Shown here in pieces: positions 55,891-64,000 of a stretch of DNA of 64,000 bases (its first letter is position 1; each line of letters opens with the position of its first letter). The DNA is taken from assembly GCA_013239625.1 (NCBI GenBank), contig MU057102.1, forward strand, positions 2,133,432 to 2,197,431. Reading direction: 5' to 3'. Made by a program: the position numbers and the translations under genes. The notes beneath the pieces are model-generated. The model did not search any database. It was not told the origin of the DNA and saw only the letters and a program-made list of their open reading frames with translations. The DNA comes from Lama guanicoe (lineage: Eukaryota).

Positions 55891-56222
55891 ATCAATTCAA
55901 TGGAATAGAAACAAGAAATGCTGCAAGGCCATGCACAGCCATCAAGCGAATGGTCAGAGGAATCGGGGGAGGTGGCCTTCAGTGGGGACAGATTTTTCCA
56001 GGCAGGACTCCCAGGGAAGCAGAACTCAGCAATCCTCAAGGACGTGGGTCCTACTTGGGAGGCAGAAAAGGCAGGCCTGGGAAGAGGGCAATATTTAAAG
56101 GGGAAACAGAAAAGCAGAAGCCCAGGGACGGGGCAGCTAAGAGCACAGCAGGCAGACAGGCCGGGGTGACTGCCGACGCTCCCGGAGCTCGCGTGCGGAG
56201 CACTCCCAGGCCTCGCTCTCAC

Positions 56223-56326
56223 CTTGCTTTCTTGATCTCCGTCCCTCGAGGCGACCTTATCTATGCTGCTGTCGGAGGGCTGCCTGCTGTGGCCCGGGCT
56301 TCTCAGGAGACGCGCTGGACGCAGGG
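56223..56326 (-). CDS. HTT: HTT exon 14 (104 nt)
   Basis: ttgtgaag|CCCTGC...AGCAAG|gtgaga; (A)LRPARLLRSPGHSRQPSDSSIDKVASRDGDQESK. Confidence 0.9.
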
Positions 56327-56553
56327 CTTCACAAACGCAAAGTCAAGTGAAGTGACAGGTTTCCAATTAAAGCACAAATACACTTATTTACACAAAGTCA
56401 GCATGAAAGTACAGGGTTCAGATCAAGAAAAAGGATGATCACTCCTCAATTACCTGCCTCACTGCTATTTGCAACCCAGGAAACAAAAATATCAAAAGAC
56501 TTCTTGGGCTGAAAACAAGGCCACTCTGTAGACATCGCCCGAAGTCAACTTAC

Positions 56554-56677
56554 CAGCAGAAGAGCTCCTGGAAGAGTCCTCATCAGGAAGGGCACCTGCC
56601 ATGTCCTCGTCCTCGTCCTGGTCCTGCGACTGCCCCGCCTGTATCCCCACACACTGGCCGTCGGCACCATCTAACAC
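56554..56677 (-). CDS. HTT: HTT exon 13 (124 nt)
   Basis: tttag|GTGTTAGAT...TGCTG|gtaagt; VLDGADGQCVGIQAGQSQDQDEDEDMAGALPDEDSSRSSSA. Confidence 0.93.
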
Positions 56678-59262
56678 CTAAACGGTTGGGAGGGGCTGTG
56701 AGAGCGCTGGAGTCTCAGCACCACGGGGCGAGCCCTCCGGCGTGCAAAGGGAACGGCAGAAGCCCACAAGTGACACAGACCACATCCTACGTGCTAGCAC
56801 AAGGTCACCTCCTCCAGTGCACACAGGTGCCCGCACACAAGCTGTGAGGAGCTCACTGACCGCACGCTGCCACTCCCTCATATCATGAAATGCTTTTACA
56901 ACATTAAACTTCCAAAGAAATTTCAATCTGGACATTTCTCTCTTAAAAAAAGAAAAAAATCCAAACAAATGTCTTCGTGTTCAAAGTAAGTCAAAAATGA
57001 GGAAGAACCTTTTAGACAAAAGCCTAACAATGTTGTAGGTTATCTACCAACTCCTAGGACTGAATCAACTAAGTTTTGGGCATAATATTTCATTTATTTA
57101 GCCATATACTTGGGTTATGATTTCATAAAGTAGAATTTTTCACATCCGCTTGAAATCCCATGTAACTGACCTGAAAAACTGGGTGATGGACTCTCAACAT
57201 GCTAGTAAATTACTAACGAAATAAATTTTATATCATTAAAAAAAAATCATTCCAAATCCTTCCATTTAACTTTTTTTTTAATTGAACTACGTGGTCAAAA
57301 GCAACCAAGAAATAATTTCCTCCACTCTCCACCCTCCAGATTCGTTTCCGAAATAAAAAAACAAACAAACAAGCCACCCAGGGTAAAATGAGACGTCCCA
57401 CCACAGTAAACAACCACGTTCCCTGAACGCACACGACAGCCCAGGCGGGCCCCGAAGCACTCCCTGGGCGCCGCCTCCCTCATCCTCCTGAGGCTCGCAG
57501 CATGGGCACTGCACCGCCTCCAGGCGTGGACAAGACCAGGCAAGAAGGGGCACGGCTGCTCTGGGCGACACAGGGTGACGGGCAGAGCGGGACAGTCACC
57601 GTGGGGCGCCGAGTCAGGTCTCGAACCAGCACACCAAGCTGCCTTGTGAGGAACCCGCCCCCTCACCTGGCGCCTGGCCGAGCGCTCACCTACCTGCTGA
57701 CTGATCACCGGCTTACGACCTGCCCGCCACGCGCACACTCCAGAGCAGAGGCAGGCACATGGCGGCTACGGGCCAACCTGGCTCGCCACCAGTGTTCGTG
57801 CATAAAGTTTCTTACTCGCTTACTTACACAGTCTCTAATGATTCTGCACCACGATAGCAGAGATGAGGGTGCAACACAGGCTGCCCAGCTCACAAAGCCA
57901 AAGACCTCCACCAACTGGCCCTACCAGACAGAGCCTGGCGGGCCTGACGGTGCCTACCCTACAGCGCCCGCTTCGTGCGAGCAGTTTTACGCACGGTGCC
58001 CGCCATTCACCCCCGCCTGTAGAGCAATCCCTGGAACAGAACAGGTGCTCAGGACGTTTATTCAGCAAAAATTAAAGATTAAATAAAAGGCATGGAAACA
58101 CCTCCCAATCTAGAAAGAACTACACCAACGTGAGAAATATCAAGGGAAGATGTTCAGCTCCCCACGGGCCAGGGAGGCTGGTGCGGGCCTCCCTCCCGGC
58201 ACTGCCTCGCCGGGAACACCTGCCACAGCTCCCCCGGGTGGGACGCCTTTCCAGCTCCCGATGGTCATTCAGGCCTAATTCTGACAAACTTGCCCAGAAA
58301 ACACCTAGTGTTCAAAGGCAAGATGGAGGCTGGTGCGATGAACAAACAGCAGAGACTCCTTCCGCACACCCGACACACTGCCCAACACTCCGCTGAGCCC
58401 GCGTGCCCCGCCTTCTCCTCCCCTGTTCCTGGTCTGCAAGTTCACCCTCGCTGCTTCAAATCACGTCCCACCATTCCAGTCACCTGTCCTGCCCTCCTCC
58501 ACGTCTTCTAGTTAAACCCTAACTCTGAGCCCACTTCTCCAACCAAGCAAGTGGAAATCCACGCAGCCGCTGGAAGCCACGCCCACACGACAACCAGACA
58601 ACTGCCAGAGGGACGTGCAGGGGCTTCACCCTGTCATTTTAACTCAGTGTTTCTGTGTTCAGTCAAGTAAAAGAAACACAAGAACAAAACCGTATTCTTA
58701 ATAAAATATACTCGATAACAGCAAGACAATTAGCAGCACAAACGGTTTATAAAGAAAATCGGGCGGTAACACCAGTCTGCACCTGTGCCAAACTTTGTGA
58801 TTAGATCGCGCTTGAGGTGTTTCTTTTCTACTAACTCAGAGATAACTCCACGCCCTATAAAATGGGATACGTTTTAAAAGTTTTTGAGAAGTCAGAGACT
58901 GTAAAAATAATGCACAGCATTAACATTATCAATCACACTGCATGAAGACCACAGATCTGTTAGTAATAGGCTCCTTAAGGATTTTCAAAATAATGATTTA
59001 ACCTGTGCCCAATAAGGTATTAAAAAATTTTAAATGCACTCAATTTTAGGAGAGTTCATATCATCGACCAATCTAATTTCTGAGCTCCACATTCAACACA
59101 AATGACACTGTTTCCTTTGGCAAGGGTCTCAGACAGAGTCAAACGATCCACGGCTGATCTGCCCCAGTGGCCTCTGCACTGTTACAGGGGGTCAGATGGA
59201 CGCAGTGAGTAAACGGGAGGCCCAGGTGCCCAGACCCTTCTCAGGTCACTCCGCCCACTCAC

Positions 59263-59624
59263 AATCTCAGAGCTGTCTGAAGGGGTCACGGCGGAGTCGG
59301 GCCCTTCGGTGGTGGTCTGGGAGCTGTCACTGACAGGTGAGGAGGCCTGGGTCCCGTCGTTCTGGTCCATGGCAGGGTCGGATGGAACGGCGCTCATCTG
59401 GCTGGAGCTGCGGCTCAAGATATCCTCCTCATCGCCGTCGGTGGCAGTGCTCGCCAGGTCGCAGCCCGTCAGGTCCGTTGAGTCCGGCTGCAGGGTGTGC
59501 TGTGAGCGGGGCTGCTCAGTGATGATGTCGTGGCCCCCGGGGTCGGCGGCCGAGCCGGCCGAGCCGGGCGTGGAGACCCCAGAAGAGGCAGCCAGCTCTC
59601 CGCTGAGCTCATCCTTGACTGAGG
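59263..59624 (-). CDS. HTT: HTT exon 12 (362 nt)
   Basis: cttcag|CCTCAG...GAGATT|gtgagt; [37 protein letters not shown]...PSDSSEI. Confidence 0.97.
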
Positions 59625-60892
59625 CTGAAGACACAGAAACACTCATTCTTCAAAGGGTCAAGAAGAGCTTTCAGGAGGGAATCAAGTGTTTGCAAAATAC
59701 CCCAAAATTCACTGTTAACAAATGTTTTAACTGCAAAAAAATCCTGAGATACAAGCAACAGTGTACCCTTCACACATCTCACCGTGCTACTTACGTACCT
59801 ATTACTGCACTACTGCTTCGTGTGGCAATACAGACAGCAAGCAGGCAGTCTTTAAACGCTTATGAACATTCTGAAGTGGTGTTTCAGCGCGAAATTAAAG
59901 TCTGCCTGGCAACCTGACCACTTCAAGCTCATAACAACTGCTCTGGCCGGAGCCTGGGGGAGCATGCAGACCTGGGCGACTCCCGGGCAGCCTGGTCAGG
60001 GGCACCAGGCTGGGCGGTCACAAAGTGCCCAGAGCTCTAAGCGAAGGGTGCTCTCTGAGGCGGGCCCTCCTCCCCAGCCTCTATTCAAGACCTCCAGGCC
60101 AGACCTACTCTCCTGTAGCATCCAGTTTCACAATTTCCTAGGTTAGTTTTCAAATTCCCATTTAAAAAACACCACCGCTACACAAAAACCACTACAGAAA
60201 TGCTCCCACCAAGCCATGGGCAGTGTCGCCCTGAAGGCCGGGCGCAGCGAGCTAGTGTGCACCCACACCTGGCAACGTGCACGGCTGGGATTGTTCTGAC
60301 TTTATTTTTGTAATTCAAAAAACCAACTTCTGTTCTTTAGAATAAATCAATAAATAAGTAATCACCACTGGAATTTATTCAGATTTCCCTTCCCAAATAT
60401 TTAAGCCTCATTTTCAGTTATCTAAAGACATTCTTTTGGCCAGGGTTACAATCCAAACCACCCCTAAATCCAACTGTTAGTATCTCAGTCCATACTCTTC
60501 TTTTAAGAGATGAAGAGAGTCTAATTAAATAGCTGTCTGTTAACAAATGTAGATTTCTTTCAAGTTAAATTAGCCTCAATTTTCAATCCTGCTTTCCCCC
60601 TCACAACCCATGCAATTCATGACACACCATCCTCTTTGCAAAAAGACTAACACATGGGAGTAGAAACCTAATTTTACAGCAGCCTAAATCAAGGAAAACA
60701 GCAAGTATTTGACGCAAGAAAACACACACATTTCAGAGTCAACACTACAAAAAATGCTGGAATTATCCGCCATTTGGGGCAGGCTGGCTTCCTTGCTGCC
60801 CCCTAGGAGCACGAGCCGCTGCTGCGGCAGGGGTAGGAGAGGTGGAGCCAGCAGAGGGAGGAGGGGGCACCGCGAGGACCCGCGAGGACTAC

Positions 60893-60973
60893 CTGTGAAG
60901 GCAGGGCTGCTGCCATCCGACCGAGACTCAGAGTCGTCTTCCAGGGCCGCTGCTTCTCCAAAGAGCACCTTCC
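60893..60973 (-). CDS. HTT: HTT exon 11 (81 nt)
   Basis: ttcccag|GGAAGG...TTCACAG|gtagtc; GKVLFGEAAALEDDSESRSDGSSPAFT. Confidence 0.95.
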
Positions 60974-63247
60974 CTGGGAAACGTGGGGGCGAGAGTCCTT
61001 TTAAGCTCGTGAAAAGGGAGAACTTTGAAAATTAAATGAATGCACATTCTAGGAGAAAAATCTTAAGTCTATTTAATTCATGCATTCATGCACTTTGTCC
61101 TTATATGTAAGCACTTGTATACGTCTGGAGAGCTAAGCACAAAAGATGCAGATGCTGTATATAGATCAATAAGCCCATGTGAAAAAAACTAAAAGCAATG
61201 ATTCTCGAAGTATTTCAATAATTAACGAATACCCACTGACAGGCTACTGTTAGCGTCAAATAATTTATGTTGCTACTTCCTCTTAGAAACGAGTAAGGAA
61301 GGACTAGAACGGGTTCTGCCAGCCCTTGGGATATTCGTGTCGTGTGTCCGACGCCACGGGAGAACTTGCATACAAAACTTTTACAGCTAAAGGTCACTTT
61401 TACTTCATTACCTTTTAATTTGCTAGATTTCTATGGCTGACACTCAGAACTCAAGCACTGCATGGTCTGGGAGGATGGAATAGTTTATCTTTTGCGAAGT
61501 TCTAGAAGCGCATTTTACAGTTCGTGATTTCCGATTATGTTAATAAGAAAAAAGAAAGCACAAGTCTCAGCACAATTTAACTGGACTCTTAAACCATGGT
61601 TACATCACACACGAATGCCACTAAGTAACACCATCAGAACGATTACTGGAACTTCCGATTTCTGTCTCACTGCCCTTCGGAGAACAGGGCAGAGATGCGG
61701 TCCCTCCGCAAGCCGAGGCTGATGTGCCCTTGAAGCGGCCCCTCCGGTACGAGGCAAAGGGAACTCAGAGCCCAAACGAAAGCAACACAGCAGCTCGGCC
61801 ACCAAGTAACAGGGACACTCACTGCAGGACAGCGATTTACCCAAGAAGCCTGTGAGTTCGGCGCTAACGGAAGCAGGCTCGGCTCCGGAACAGCAGTCTG
61901 CACACCGGCTCCCCGGAGCTCTGCCCACGAGCGGGCAAGCGTCAGGCTGCCACCAGAGGGGGCTCCGGGCCACATCCCCACCCTTGCCTGACCCCACATC
62001 CAACGACAGCTAGTATTCTGCTTACGCATGCTCTTGCGCACTGCAGATTTCCCTTAAAAAAAGAATTCTGCACTACAACAACAAAGTTTGAAAAACACAG
62101 CTTGACACGAGAACAGCAGCAATAAAACGCCAGAAAAAGAGAGACTGAGCACAAACTCCACGTCCCAGCCCCAAGAAAACAAAGAATCTCAACCCATGCA
62201 TCAGGCACCTTCTTACCATTATTGGAAAGAGTGACCAAGAAACACACAAGGCAAGCACCAGCGAATCTGGCCCCAGGCCCGGAAGTCTCTCCTAGTCCCA
62301 GAACGGAAAGACTAGCTTTTCCCAGGAGCCTGGTGGCTTTCTAAGCATCTCGGTGTTCTCACCCAACTTTCCAACTTACTATCCCACGCTGTGACAGCTC
62401 ACATATTATTCATTCTAAGCTCTTCTAGGAAACGATTACTTAATTCAGCCCAGGCCAGAACAGGGTCCCTGCTGAGACCCCCACTCAACACCACAGGTGA
62501 CCCTGGGCACCAAGCTCCCAGTCAACTCACGACAAAGAAAGAGCAGTGTGTGCTATGCGATTGCGATTACACCTCAAAAAAAGAGAGGACGACTGGTCCC
62601 CTAGGATTTCAAAATAGGAAACAACAGTTCTTTCCTATGGAAGTCCAGACTGGAGAAAGTAACTGGGCTGTCAAGTGGTAACATACGCCAAAACGATCAG
62701 ATTACACCAGAAACACTCTGATGCAATAAAAATACATCAATTTTATCAGAAACCTTAGATCTGTACAAAGCTAAATATGGCTGGAAAATGAAAACCAGGC
62801 CCAAATTAACCAAATAATTAACCAAATGCTATTTCTGACTAATACTAGTTACCTTTATAAAACATAACCCAGTCCCTGAAGCAGGAGGAGCTGGCTGACC
62901 GCGGCCGCCCGCTTCTGTGAACAAGGCTGGACTGGGCAAGAGCTGCCCCGCGGCCCAGTCTGCCTGCGGCCGCCTCACCCCACAAGGCAGTGAGGCCCAC
63001 GGCTACAGGCGCAGCGTAAAGTCGGCTGACCCCGACCCAAAGCATTAGAAATTTATGACAAAGCAATTCTGATACACAAGGAATTTAAAAGCCACCCGAC
63101 AGAACTATTCAGGCCTAGTTATCAGATTCCAGCAACGTCCACACACACAGTCACTCTGCTGACAGAAGGGACAGGCAGAGCCAAGTGCGCTACAGAGGCA
63201 GGGAAAGAGCAGTAAGAGGCACTAAGACTGACTTCTGAAATAATCAC

Positions 63248-63295
63248 CTTTTTGTTTTCTTGAAAGGACAGGGCTGCATGAGGAACCCCCTCCAG
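63248..63295 (-). CDS. HTT: HTT exon 10 (48 nt)
   Basis: tttacag|CTGGAGGG...CAAAAAG|gtgatt; encodes (A)GGGSSCSPVLSRKQK. Confidence 0.95.
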
Positions 63296-64000
63296 CTGTA
63301 AATCACAGAAGACGACAGGTGAAAGTAAGGTAACCAGCTGCTAAAATCCAGGAGGAATTAGAAAATCTTCACACTTGCTTCAACTTTAAAACCAGAAAAT
63401 ACGTGAACACGTTTCCACAGGTGATGCTCAACGACCCCACTGTAACATGGAAACTGCAGTTACAATTTTAATTTCAACATGAAAATTATACTAACACTCA
63501 AATACATAGTTTCGAAGATACGACTTAAGATGTCAAAAGAGCTCAAAGTGCATTTAAAAAGACAAACTAAAAGCATGAGAAATCTCACATTACTTGGTCA
63601 ACTGATAATCAGACAAATTCTCGTGAGAAACAATCATCAGAAGTTAGCATTTCTCCAGTTACTTGTGAGGCAGGCACTCCACAGAGAACAGGCCTGGCCA
63701 GTACAAAGGACAGTGAAGAGGCAGACACCATTTTCTACTCATACGTTCCAACGAGGGAGCCATCAGACCCACTCTGCCCGGCCTGTCCGTGCTGTGCATC
63801 AGGGCTACGCCGCGCCCACACGCAGGGCCCGGTTCGATGCAGGCTCAGCAGAGGCCACAGGAGCCTCCTCCAGGCCAGACCCAGCTCCAGGGGCTGCAGT
63901 CCAGCGGGGGTGGGCAGGCCAGGGGAGGGAGCGCATAGACGGGGCAGAGGAGGTGCCGTGGGAGTAGCAGCAGATGGGTTTTCTAGGATCAGGCAGGACA

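Noticed and set aside
59309-59917. 202-aa plus-strand ORF
   Set aside because: Antisense shadow of exon 12
63479-63967. 162-aa plus-strand ORF at the window end
   Set aside because: Intron 9 sequence with no recognisable homology; likely chance

Overview
Mammalian genomic DNA, probably a camelid (alpaca/camel), judged from a camelid-type tRNA-derived SINE and L1 3' end and the absence of Alu or Bov-A-like repeats. The whole window lies inside the huntingtin gene (HTT) on the minus strand. I traced 40 consecutive coding exons, equivalent to human exons 10-49, from 63295 down to 1124. All introns are GT-AG. The exons total 5504 coding nt (about 1835 aa) in one continuous, phase-consistent frame. 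The introns are GC/CpG-rich and contain old L1, L2, MIR, hAT-MER and ERVL-LTR fragments, two nested insertions and two assembly gaps. Almost all ORFs in the supplied track are chance GC-rich ORFs or exon read-throughs. I found no novel gene or prokaryote-style system. The best leads are splicing-related: a candidate poison exon in intron 49 that appears orthologous to the human drug-inducible pseudoexon, an in-frame stop-free intron 43, an in-frame alternative acceptor for exon 29, and a rare GAG acceptor at exon 39. There is also a strong AT-to-GC substitution signature in both repeats and protein. All comparisons with human HTT and repeat consensus sequences are from memory and need alignment to confirm.
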